From IMG/VR virus record IMGVR_UViG_3300020165_000009: DNA of 64,000 nucleotides; one strand, 5' to 3'. The DNA comes from a virus. Below the pieces are notes generated by a model that had not been told where the DNA came from, made no database searches, and saw only the letters and a program-made list of their open reading frames with translations. This document shows, one piece after another, positions 1 through 8,457 of the stretch. Every line of letters starts with the position of its first letter. The stretch's first letter is position 1. The translations under genes and the position numbers were made by a program.

Positions 1-602
1 TCGATATTTGTTTTTTGTTTAGTTGAAGCATAAAGTTTCGTTCTAATGTAATTGCTTCTCTGCAAGGCGCAGCATTTCGCTTGTACATATAAACTACCTC
101 TATACTCTCTTATTTTACAGTCTATTTCATCAAAGGCAAATAGAATGTACAAAGAAATTTTACGCTCGCCTAAATGTTTAAAAAACACCGGTAAGTTATT
201 TTCCATATAATCTGGATACTGTCCAATAGGTACTCCTACGCTTTTACAGAAGTCATTTATAAAAACTAGACTACTCTTAACGAAGTCTAATGCCACCTTC
301 TCATCTGGGTTGCTCAATAGATAATCATCGTGGTATCTAGTATAAGCTTTAATAGCTCTCATACTACTATAGAACTCTAAAGGGAAGAACTTATCGTCGT
401 ATACGAAATAAGGAGCCTCGAAAAAAGTCTTTATATCTAGTGAAGGATGCCTTTTAAAAAAGTTGGCTAGCTTAACAACAGCCGGATAGGATTTATTATC
501 TTCAAACTTATCAAAATTCTGACGTACCTTGAACGGTTTACTATCTACAGCTCTCGAAACTATCAACCATTGATTATAGATGGTTTTCTCTAGTTGAGTC
601 AT
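1..602 (-). CDS. hypothetical protein, 3'-truncated by window edge (replication operon)
   Basis: ATG at 602-600 (MTQLEKTIYNQWLIVSRAVDSKPFKVRQNF...); frame appears to run off the window start; absent from the ORF track presumably because it has no stop; same strand as the helicase operon. Confidence 0.7.
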   Translation of the reverse strand, partial: MTQLEKTIYNQWLIVSRAVDSKPFKVRQNFDKFEDNKSYPAVVKLANFFKRHPSLDIKTFFEAPYFVYDDKFFPLEFYSSMRAIKAYTRYHDDYLLSNPDEKVALDFVKSSLVFINDFCKSVGVPIGQYPDYMENNLPVFFKHLGERKISLYILFAFDEIDCKIREYRGSLYVQAKCCALQRSNYIRTKLYASTKQKTNI

Positions 603-608
603 ATATGA

Positions 609-890
609 CTATGATAGTACCTGTTTGTTCTTATTCAAGTACTTTGTCACATATTTACTCTTTGTTATAGAGGGCTCTGTCTCAATAAATTTCTGAATTG
701 CTCCAAAATCACTTTCTTCACCTATAAGATCAATAAACATTTTTCGGATCTTTTCGTTCTCTAAAATCTTGAGAAAGACAGTAGGGAAATTCATTTTCTT
801 ACCGTGCAGGAGAGATACAAAAGTACAAAAGGAGTAGAACGCGTGTTCAAACTCTGCATCCTCCATGTTTTGGGAAGGTGACTTACTCAT
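609..890 (-). CDS. hypothetical protein
   Basis: 93 aa ORF overlapping the stop of the DHH gene; operon-like spacing. Confidence 0.6.
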   Translation of the reverse strand: MSKSPSQNMEDAEFEHAFYSFCTFVSLLHGKKMNFPTVFLKILENEKIRKMFIDLIGEESDFGAIQKFIETEPSITKSKYVTKYLNKNKQVLS

Positions 891-1776
891 TGCTAATCTC
901 CTTTAAAAGCTTTGTAAGGTTAATAATATTGTCGTTTAACGTTGCTCCGGCAGCATCGTCATGCCCACCGCCATCCGATAATTGACTAGCTAGCTTTCTC
1001 ATACTCAACGTACATTTACTTGATCGTCGAAAGACTACCGTCTTATTTTTAGTGCTCATTAACATACAGATATCAGCATCATGATCCTTAAGAGCTCTTT
1101 CGCATATTTCGTTCGGCGAAAAGGAAAAGAAACCTCCAATCAGTTTATATTCGGTACCGTTTAACTCTACATCATTCATGTATAGCTTTTCAGTCTTAAA
1201 GTATTTTTCTAATCTACTCTCAACTAATTTAAGTGCGCTTTTGTGATATGTATTGAAACCATTAAAGCCAGCGCTGAAATCAGTAAGGAATTTTAGGACT
1301 CTATCGCCTGTATAGTTCCAGAAAATATGATTTAACTGCCTACTGTAAGGTATACTCAAAGTATAGCTATCGTAATCATCGATGAGTTTAACTAAGAGTA
1401 ACTGGTAATCATTTAGCTTAGATTTTAGCTTTAGCTTATCATAGATAAGCCGTGTGCATGATGTATAGTCTTCAACAACCGGCTTAGCTTTAACGTATTC
1501 GTTCTTTACCTCTACGTGATCTTTATGGTGATCAAATACTATAACGTTCTCTACGTCGACAAGGGATGTCTCATCCTTAATATTGAGGTCACATACAAAT
1601 ACTCTATCATAGTTCTTAAAACTGTCGGTTAATTGCCAGTTGAGAATGTCCTGCCTGAAGCTTCTTTCTGTAGTTACCTTATAAGATATCTCATGAGCTG
1701 GAAAGGCTTGTCTGAGTAAGAAGACGCATCCAGCCCCATCTAAGTCTGCGTCAGTAAATACGTGTATTTTACCCAT
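883..1776 (-). CDS. DHH/DHHA1-family phosphoesterase (NrnA/RecJ-like)
   Basis: Motifs TDADLDG, VCDL, FDHH, C-terminal GGGHDDAAG. Confidence 0.85.
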   Translation of the reverse strand: MGKIHVFTDADLDGAGCVFLLRQAFPAHEISYKVTTERSFRQDILNWQLTDSFKNYDRVFVCDLNIKDETSLVDVENVIVFDHHKDHVEVKNEYVKAKPVVEDYTSCTRLIYDKLKLKSKLNDYQLLLVKLIDDYDSYTLSIPYSRQLNHIFWNYTGDRVLKFLTDFSAGFNGFNTYHKSALKLVESRLEKYFKTEKLYMNDVELNGTEYKLIGGFFSFSPNEICERALKDHDADICMLMSTKNKTVVFRRSSKCTLSMRKLASQLSDGGGHDDAAGATLNDNIINLTKLLKEISNE

Positions 1777-1820
1777 ATAAACTATTTACTGCTCCTTTTT
1801 AAAATCTCAACTTATACAGT

Positions 1821-3137
1821 CTATAGGCTCATCCTATCGAGCTTATCTGTCATCTCGCCAAAGTCACCATCGTCGTTATTGAGAGTATCATCCTCTGATA
1901 CGGTAAGAGTACCATAATCAATTCTCATTTCATTCCTACCGAAGTTAGCACCGAAACGATTCTTCATCATATGCAGGTTAATGATATTAAGTTCTTTATC
2001 TGTATCACTCTGAGTAATACCAACAATAACATCAGCTGTAGCGGCTAAGCCAATACTCTCACCAATAGTATCAAGAGTCGGTGACTCTGTATCGTAACCT
2101 GTACGGTTAAGCTGAGTAGCACTAATAATAGGGCAGTTGAATTTATAACTCAACGCTCTCACTTCTTCAGTAGCACACTTAATACGCTCATATAGATTAC
2201 TGTTAAGTGAACCTCTCAACAGGTTAATGTAATCCAGTACAATAGCGTCAATCTGAATACCTTTTAATTGAACGGTCTTGACATAGGAGGCAATCTGCTG
2301 AGCAGTAATAGTATTAGGAGGAAACTCTTTGATAATAAGTTTACCCATACCTTCCATGCTATCCATACTATGCTTTAACGTAGGTGTTTGAGATCTAAGA
2401 TCTGCAATAGGTATTTTAGTAATATCGGATGCAAGTCGACAAGCATACATAATTTCACTCATCTCAAGAGATAGTACTAATACGTTCTTACCTTTTCTAG
2501 CTAGATTGGTCGCAATATTACCTAGGAAAATACTCTTACCAACGTTCGTCTGGCCCGCGAATACATAAAACGCTCTTCCATTCGCTAAGAAGCCACCATT
2601 TAAGTTTTCGTCAAGCCAGTCCCATCCAGAAGATAGCGTCGGTTCATCTACACTCAACTCACGGGCCACCTCATCAATATCACCGAATAGATCAATACCA
2701 AGGTCGTCCTTCAACTCGATACTACAGCTCTTTTCAAACTTCTCGAGAATATAACTAGTATCAACCTTACCGTTAGTAATGTCTTCAGCTACATCCATCA
2801 TTGTATGGTAGATAGCTCTTTCCTTAAGGTATCTTTCAGTATTATCTAATAACTCATCTTTATTAAGATTCTTATCTATTTCATCGAAACTACCAGCAAC
2901 AGTCTTAAGAGCAGCTTTAACATCATCATTGACTAGATATGTCTTTAGTTCAGTGAGAGTCGGAGGCACACCTCTCTTATCATAAAAGCTCTTAATGATG
3001 GTAAAGAGTACCTTAATATTCTTATCGGCAATAATTTTAGGGTCTACATGACCGATGATCTCCGCAAGGTACTGCTCATCAGTTAAGCTTTTATATATTA
3101 AAACCTTCTCAAAATAATCTAAATCAATTTTTTCCAT
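1821..3137 (-). CDS. gp41: DnaB-like replicative helicase (T4 gp41-like)
   Basis: Walker A GQTNVGKS, SLEMSE, VLDYINL, SATQLNR, MKNRFG. Confidence 0.93.
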   Translation of the reverse strand: MEKIDLDYFEKVLIYKSLTDEQYLAEIIGHVDPKIIADKNIKVLFTIIKSFYDKRGVPPTLTELKTYLVNDDVKAALKTVAGSFDEIDKNLNKDELLDNTERYLKERAIYHTMMDVAEDITNGKVDTSYILEKFEKSCSIELKDDLGIDLFGDIDEVARELSVDEPTLSSGWDWLDENLNGGFLANGRAFYVFAGQTNVGKSIFLGNIATNLARKGKNVLVLSLEMSEIMYACRLASDITKIPIADLRSQTPTLKHSMDSMEGMGKLIIKEFPPNTITAQQIASYVKTVQLKGIQIDAIVLDYINLLRGSLNSNLYERIKCATEEVRALSYKFNCPIISATQLNRTGYDTESPTLDTIGESIGLAATADVIVGITQSDTDKELNIINLHMMKNRFGANFGRNEMRIDYGTLTVSEDDTLNNDDGDFGEMTDKLDRMSL

Positions 3138-3153
3138 TATATTTTATGTTGTA

Positions 3154-3822
3154 CTACTTTCGCCACTTCTTAATAAAGTATGTCTCGCCGTCGTAAAATT
3201 CTTTATCAGGTTTAGTTAGTCCTGGGCTACTGTGAATGATCGGTATATCCACTACGCCTATTGTAACGTGGTTCCTATTACATTCAAGTGAGAAGTCTAA
3301 ATCATAATAATGAAACTTAGATGGATAAGATTCGTCAAATCTCACATTTTCAGGTAACTCTTTAATATTGATGCCAATAAAGACTCCGTCAATAACTAAA
3401 CATCTGCTCGGTACAGGTCCGAAGGAGGTATACATATATGAATCTTTATCTCCATGAGCTACACACCCTCTTTGATCTTCCCTTTTTGACATAATATGCC
3501 ATAAAGCAGGGCTACCAACTTTACAAGAAGTAGCACCGGCGAGCCCGAATACGGTGTATTGATCTGCAGCTTTAGATATAAGAGAGTATAAATCACGGGT
3601 ATTAATATGTACGTCATCATGTACCATAACTGCAATATCAATATTGTTTTTCCGTGCATCGTCAATAAAATTATTGTAACACTGTTGAAGGCTTTTAGTA
3701 TTTTTATCCTCGTATTGTACTGAAACTCCTAGGTGATCTAGCCCGTAACTCTCTAAACATTTATAGAGTACGCAGTCCTCCTTATTGCCTTTAGTCGCGC
3801 TATAAATTTTAATATTATTCAT
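3154..3822 (-). CDS. GT2-like glycosyltransferase (Glyco_tranf_2_5/StrF-like)
   Basis: SLQQCYN, MVHDDV, GLAGA, VIDGVFIG, FDE..FHYYDLDFSL, IIHSSPG; start reassigned to MNNIKIY, which overlaps the upstream stop. Confidence 0.7.
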   Translation of the reverse strand: MNNIKIYSATKGNKEDCVLYKCLESYGLDHLGVSVQYEDKNTKSLQQCYNNFIDDARKNNIDIAVMVHDDVHINTRDLYSLISKAADQYTVFGLAGATSCKVGSPALWHIMSKREDQRGCVAHGDKDSYMYTSFGPVPSRCLVIDGVFIGINIKELPENVRFDESYPSKFHYYDLDFSLECNRNHVTIGVVDIPIIHSSPGLTKPDKEFYDGETYFIKKWRK

Positions 3823-4153
3823 AATCTTTGCGATCATCCAGTTCTGGTTTGTTATCTCTATTCCAAATCATACCCATTACATTCCACAATACCGCCCCTA
3901 GGTGGTCTTCACTCTCATCACCTCTGAAGTCTTGCATTAGATGTCTCATTGCACTGTCATATAGTACAGAATGCTTCATACCTCTCCGCCAGTTATTTTC
4001 TCCATAGGCCTCAGCACCTTGCAAGTATCTCACCATAACCGATTCTAAGGCTTTGTGTGGTACTAAACTCATACGTACCTTACCTTCACAGTTATCACGT
4101 TGTGCGCCAGTTTCAAACTGACGAGGCTTCCCAGTTGTTTTCAGATCATCCAT
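3815..4153 (-). CDS. dATP/dGTP diphosphohydrolase domain protein (DUF5664/dGTP_diPhyd_N-like)
   Basis: FETGAQRD..GK.RMSLVP, GAEAYGENNW.RG, DSAMRHL, EDHLGAVLWN. Confidence 0.8.
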   Translation of the reverse strand: MDDLKTTGKPRQFETGAQRDNCEGKVRMSLVPHKALESVMVRYLQGAEAYGENNWRRGMKHSVLYDSAMRHLMQDFRGDESEDHLGAVLWNVMGMIWNRDNKPELDDRKDYE

Positions 4154-4168
4154 ATAGAAATTATAATA

Positions 4169-4690
4169 TCACTTAGTAAAGAAATCAAGCCATAGATTAA
4201 GTGATATGTCCTTAAGTGTAGTAAACATTTCATCTAATGAGGCACATTCATTTTTTACACCATGTGACAACACTACCTTACCTTCATCAACACCGGGTGT
4301 AACGTGATGAATAACTGAGCCTATAGTAGAGTAGCAGCCCTCAAAGGCACGTACTTGCGGATCTTTACCTTTAAGTTGTGGATAGGATGTTATTAGTCCG
4401 GGATGGCCGTTATAAATTTTATACTCCTCGCATATCTCCTTAGGTATAATATTAAGCCATCCATGTAACGTAATAAAGCATGTGGATGGGTCACCAAAGC
4501 AATCTCTCAAGTACTGAACATCCTTAACGTGCCTCTTTGCAATTCGATGACCTACATCACTAATATTAAGTCTACGGTCAATCTTAGTATCATCTTTCTG
4601 ATCAAAAAATATAGAGGATGGATTAACTCCTCGTTCTACCAGGCTCGCTATCTCTGAACCAGTTTGTGAAAATAGTGCTATATGTCTCAT
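4169..4690 (-). CDS. PurN-like N10-formyl-THF formyltransferase (DpdN-like)
   Basis: LFSQTGS, LHGWLNII, catalytic YNGHPG, GSVIHHVTPGVDEG. Confidence 0.8.
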   Translation of the reverse strand: MRHIALFSQTGSEIASLVERGVNPSSIFFDQKDDTKIDRRLNISDVGHRIAKRHVKDVQYLRDCFGDPSTCFITLHGWLNIIPKEICEEYKIYNGHPGLITSYPQLKGKDPQVRAFEGCYSTIGSVIHHVTPGVDEGKVVLSHGVKNECASLDEMFTTLKDISLNLWLDFFTK

Positions 4691-5367
4691 AGTGTTAAGA
4701 ACGGTGATTTATGATTGAATGTGGATACTATCTCGTACCCAGTGGGGGTATATTTGTATATGGTACCTTCCGCTACCTCTATATAACCATTGCCCTTAAT
4801 AGATGATACATGTGTTCCTTTATAGAATAAAGTACTACCCTGTCTAGCTACATATAAGTTATTACTCCAGGTATTATACATCCAAACAGCATAGGTACCC
4901 TCAAGTCGTTGCAGCACTCTTGTAATATTATTAATTTCACCTTCTATTACACTTTCACACGGGCCATCTTTATAATCATTCTCGGCTAGAAGGTATGGTA
5001 TAATATAACTATCTACCGGATTATGAGGTACAGCTCTACATTCTTGTTGTAACTCCTTAAAGTTAGTCAATACCCCGTTATGAGCTACTACCCAGTCACC
5101 TACCTCGAATGGGTGTGATGTATCGTCTTGGAAATACCTCTGACTGCTAGTAGGAGCTTGGTTATGCCCTAGGAATAATTTACAATCTGCAGGTACACCC
5201 ATATCTTCCATACAGAAAGAACCTTCTTTACGTATAATGCCGTAATGTGCCTTATCACCTTTAACAGATGCATACAATAATCCAGTAGCAAAGTTGCCTC
5301 TAGATTGGTTAGCTTCCTCTAACACCTCGAAGGTATTACTATCATCACTACAATATATTCCGCACAT
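4687..5367 (-). CDS. class II (Ntn) glutamine amidotransferase
   Basis: True start is MCGIY at 5367 (Cys2 nucleophile), with TATAAT just upstream; motifs RG..ATG, LGHNQAPT, HPF, AHNGVLTN, VDS. Confidence 0.85.
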   Translation of the reverse strand: MCGIYCSDDSNTFEVLEEANQSRGNFATGLLYASVKGDKAHYGIIRKEGSFCMEDMGVPADCKLFLGHNQAPTSSQRYFQDDTSHPFEVGDWVVAHNGVLTNFKELQQECRAVPHNPVDSYIIPYLLAENDYKDGPCESVIEGEINNITRVLQRLEGTYAVWMYNTWSNNLYVARQGSTLFYKGTHVSSIKGNGYIEVAEGTIYKYTPTGYEIVSTFNHKSPFLTL

Positions 5368-5413
5368 ACTCTTATTATAGTATAAAACCAGTGTAGAATC
5401 CATAAATATTATT

Positions 5414-7051
5414 ATGAATTTCGCTACATGGACAAACCGAGTAATTAATGAGAGCAGTGAACATTACTTTGCTGAAGAGCTTCTAGAGGAAAGTATTGCT
5501 AAGACACTGAAGCCAGTAGTTAATAAAATGAAGAAACTAAACATAGGTGTACCATACCGTGATGCTCGCTTATTTTTCTTCAATTACCTTCAAGATCAGC
5601 ACCCTGAAGTTATTCCAGCTGAATTTAAAGATTCAAAAAGAAAACCATCAGCAAAAGATGTTAATGCAATGGTAGGTCAGATTGCAATTGATCGCCCAGA
5701 AATGCTCGATACGTTTGCAAACGAATTCGAAGCATACGCCACCGGCAAGGATGACGAAAATCCAGATGAGGATAGAGTATCAGAGTTTCTTAGAATCGCG
5801 ATGATACTTAGAACTGGCAAAAACGTTCGGCCTAAAAAACATGAAGGTTATAAGACAAAGGAATATAGCAACTTATCAGCTGAGGAGATCAAAAACACAA
5901 CAATGGATGCAATTGAAAAGGCTCCAGTTGAAAAAGGAGTAGATCCTGATATTGGGGATGAGAAGCTTCTACTGAAAGTAGCATTCACTAAGGTACTTGC
6001 TCAACTCCAAGAGCTTGACGAGCTTGACCCTAAGGTGCTTGTCAATATCGCTGACACTGGCGCAAAAGTAGACAGCATTGATAAGTTCAAGCAGTTTTTA
6101 GATTACATGCACCAGTTCGAAGAGTACCATCTCGCCGAAGCATACTTACGTGATATGATCGCAGTTCTTGAAAGGGAAATGGCTAGTAAGGAAGACGAAG
6201 AGCTTGATGATTTTGATACAAGTCGTCATTCAGATGAAGATATTCCGGAATATTTAGAGGACTTGCATGCGATGAGGGCTGGTAAATTTCCTGGTATGAA
6301 GAAGAAGAGAAAGGTAGTTGATTATGATACATCTTATGCACCCGTTTACGACACAGAAGAAGACGCTGAAGGTGTCAGTGTAAAGCAAGAAGTACTTAAC
6401 GCTGTTAAACAAGGTGCTGGTGAGTTTGCTCATAAAGCAGCTGGTATGCTTCAGTCAGCTAAAGAGCTTCATGACCAATATAGCAGACAGGGTGATCAAG
6501 AAAGAGCTAGTATCACTAAGTCACTCGTTAATCACTTCACTGTACAATCAAAGTTTGATGAAGATGCAGAGGCAAAGCCGGACTATATGGATATGGACGG
6601 CGATGGTGACAAAGAAGAGTCGATGAAGAAAGCTGCTAAAGATAAGCACGCTGCATGTGAAGATGCCGAAAATGGGTGTGATTGTGGCATGTGTCCGGAT
6701 TGTGCTGATAATGCAAGATATGGTACCTCGGATGAAGAGCAGAAGAGCATTAAAGATGAATACCATCTTTCCCCAGAGCAGTATGAAAAAGCTCGAGGAA
6801 TGGCAGACTTTGATGCTAGTGAATGGTTCTTTAGCCCGTCACAGAAGCTATACTTTAGAAAAAGAGAAGGTGGTGAAGATCAAGAGCAATCAACTGCTCA
6901 ATATATGTCCAAGGCCCCTGTCGAAAAACGTGAAGAGTCTGAAGAAGCGAGAATGTCTCAACAAGAGATTAACCAAATGCTCGCTAACCGAGAGAGAGAA
7001 AGAGTTCAAAACCTTTACGCTCAACAAAGACTGCATACTCAAGGATATTAA
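5414..7051 (+). CDS. acidic modular late protein, probable internal head protein
   Basis: TAAATA 5 nt upstream; N-terminal MNFATWTNRVINES; repeated EDxE linkers; DMDGDGDKEES and CDCGMCPDC modules. Confidence 0.55.
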   Translation: MNFATWTNRVINESSEHYFAEELLEESIAKTLKPVVNKMKKLNIGVPYRDARLFFFNYLQDQHPEVIPAEFKDSKRKPSAKDVNAMVGQIAIDRPEMLDTFANEFEAYATGKDDENPDEDRVSEFLRIAMILRTGKNVRPKKHEGYKTKEYSNLSAEEIKNTTMDAIEKAPVEKGVDPDIGDEKLLLKVAFTKVLAQLQELDELDPKVLVNIADTGAKVDSIDKFKQFLDYMHQFEEYHLAEAYLRDMIAVLEREMASKEDEELDDFDTSRHSDEDIPEYLEDLHAMRAGKFPGMKKKRKVVDYDTSYAPVYDTEEDAEGVSVKQEVLNAVKQGAGEFAHKAAGMLQSAKELHDQYSRQGDQERASITKSLVNHFTVQSKFDEDAEAKPDYMDMDGDGDKEESMKKAAKDKHAACEDAENGCDCGMCPDCADNARYGTSDEEQKSIKDEYHLSPEQYEKARGMADFDASEWFFSPSQKLYFRKREGGEDQEQSTAQYMSKAPVEKREESEEARMSQQEINQMLANRERERVQNLYAQQRLHTQGY

Positions 7052-7061
7052 TTCATAACAC

Positions 7062-7430
7062 ATGTTAATAGCAAATACACTATACACTTATAAGGCAAAA
7101 GTAGTATCCATATATGATGGTGATTCCTTGAGATTGGATATTGATCTCGGATTCAAAGTCGTTATGCAAAACCAGCGCGTTCGATTACTCGGAATAGATA
7201 CACCGGAAGTGAGGGGTGAGGAGCGTGAATCTGGTATAGCTGCGAGGGATTACATGAGAGATTTATTATCAGATAAAGAAATTATAATTACCACTATAAA
7301 GGACAAGTACGGTAAGTATGGTAGGTGGCTGGTAGAGGTGTTTATACCAGACGAAACTCAAGAGAGTGGATTTCTAAATGTTAATCAACATTTAATTAGC
7401 GAGGGCTTAGCTGTCCCATACGGGGAATGA
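7062..7430 (+). CDS. thermonuclease (staphylococcal nuclease-like)
   Basis: IYDGDS, VRLLGIDTPE, KYGRWL, VNQHLISEGLA. Confidence 0.88.
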   Translation: MLIANTLYTYKAKVVSIYDGDSLRLDIDLGFKVVMQNQRVRLLGIDTPEVRGEERESGIAARDYMRDLLSDKEIIITTIKDKYGKYGRWLVEVFIPDETQESGFLNVNQHLISEGLAVPYGE

Positions 7431-7699
7431 GTGAGTACGAGAAAAATAAATACTATTGCGGTGCGTGGTGGACGCCGAAATGGGTTCGTAGGATTTTAAG
7501 TACTAGGTTTAACGCTAGTTGTAAAGTACATGATCTAGATTATGATACTACGAGGTTTAGTAGAGAAGAGGCAGATACTAGATTTTTACTTCATATGATA
7601 AGACAGGCAAAGAGCTCTATATTCTGGGAAGTTATAGCTACGTTGTTTTATATCTCAGTTAGACTTATTGGTAAGCTATCGTGGGGTAAAAAAGATTAG
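7427..7699 (+). CDS. small phospholipase A2-like / DUF1353-like protein
   Basis: YCG...SCKVHDLDY...R.EAD..F motif typical of prokaryotic PLA2-like folds. Confidence 0.5.
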   Translation: MSEYEKNKYYCGAWWTPKWVRRILSTRFNASCKVHDLDYDTTRFSREEADTRFLLHMIRQAKSSIFWEVIATLFYISVRLIGKLSWGKKD

Positions 7700-8436
7700 T
7701 TGATAGACTTACAACCATTCTTCTCATATATAGCGTCTAACTTATCCTGCTGTATATAATCTAAAGGGTCCCTCAGCTTAGCTTCAACGAAGCCTTGTAG
7801 CCTTAAGCTGCTGCTAGCAGACTCAACGTCACAAGGGTACTCGCCTGAATAGCAGGTATATGTATTACTAAAGTTTACCCCAAGGGAGACGCCGTCTAAG
7901 ACGATATCTTTTTTAGACATTTCAATAAGAGGAGCAACTACTGTAATTCTATTCTCTCTATTAAGTGCTGTTACGTCATTTAACTGATTTACAAACTCTT
8001 CAGATCCATCCCAGTAACCGGCTAAACTATCTGCTTGCGCGGCCCCGTACCATACCTCACCGGCACCTACAGCCTCAGCATAAGAGCAAAGCATACTCAA
8101 GAACATTAAATTACGGAATGGTACATAACTCTTAGGTTGAGCTTCACCCATCATATCATTTACATTCGGGGTATCAATACTATCATTAGTGAGTGACGAT
8201 ACTGGCGCCATCTCACGTATAAAAGTTGTATCAAGTAATTTATTATGAAATACTTTATCTGGGTATAAGTTCTTAATATCAGCTAGCTGCTTTTCAACGC
8301 ACTCTAGTTCTCGTTTATGACGCTGCCCATAATCAAAGCTAATAGTATGTACTTCATCAGCTAGCCTCGCAGCTTTAAACAACAGTACAGCAGAATCCAT
8401 CCCACCACTGAGAGTTACAACAATTTTTCTTTTCAT
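7696..8436 (-). CDS. queC: 7-cyano-7-deazaguanine synthase
   Basis: PP-loop LSGGMDS, FDYGQRH, YVPFRN, TYTCY; C-terminal Zn motif degenerate. Confidence 0.9.
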   Translation of the reverse strand: MKRKIVVTLSGGMDSAVLLFKAARLADEVHTISFDYGQRHKRELECVEKQLADIKNLYPDKVFHNKLLDTTFIREMAPVSSLTNDSIDTPNVNDMMGEAQPKSYVPFRNLMFLSMLCSYAEAVGAGEVWYGAAQADSLAGYWDGSEEFVNQLNDVTALNRENRITVVAPLIEMSKKDIVLDGVSLGVNFSNTYTCYSGEYPCDVESASSSLRLQGFVEAKLRDPLDYIQQDKLDAIYEKNGCKSIN

Positions 8437-8457
8437 TCTTTAATTATATACTAGTTA

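Noticed and set aside
3815-4153. Z-genome (2-aminoadenine) system suggested by the dATP/dGTP diphosphohydrolase
   Set aside because: No PurZ/PurA-like gene in the window; the neighbours point to deazaguanine chemistry. Cannot be excluded outside the window
6414-7087. ORFs 6414..6626, 6548..6766, 6657..7058 and 6890..7087
   Set aside because: Fully overlap the 545 aa gene; no motifs or promoter boxes
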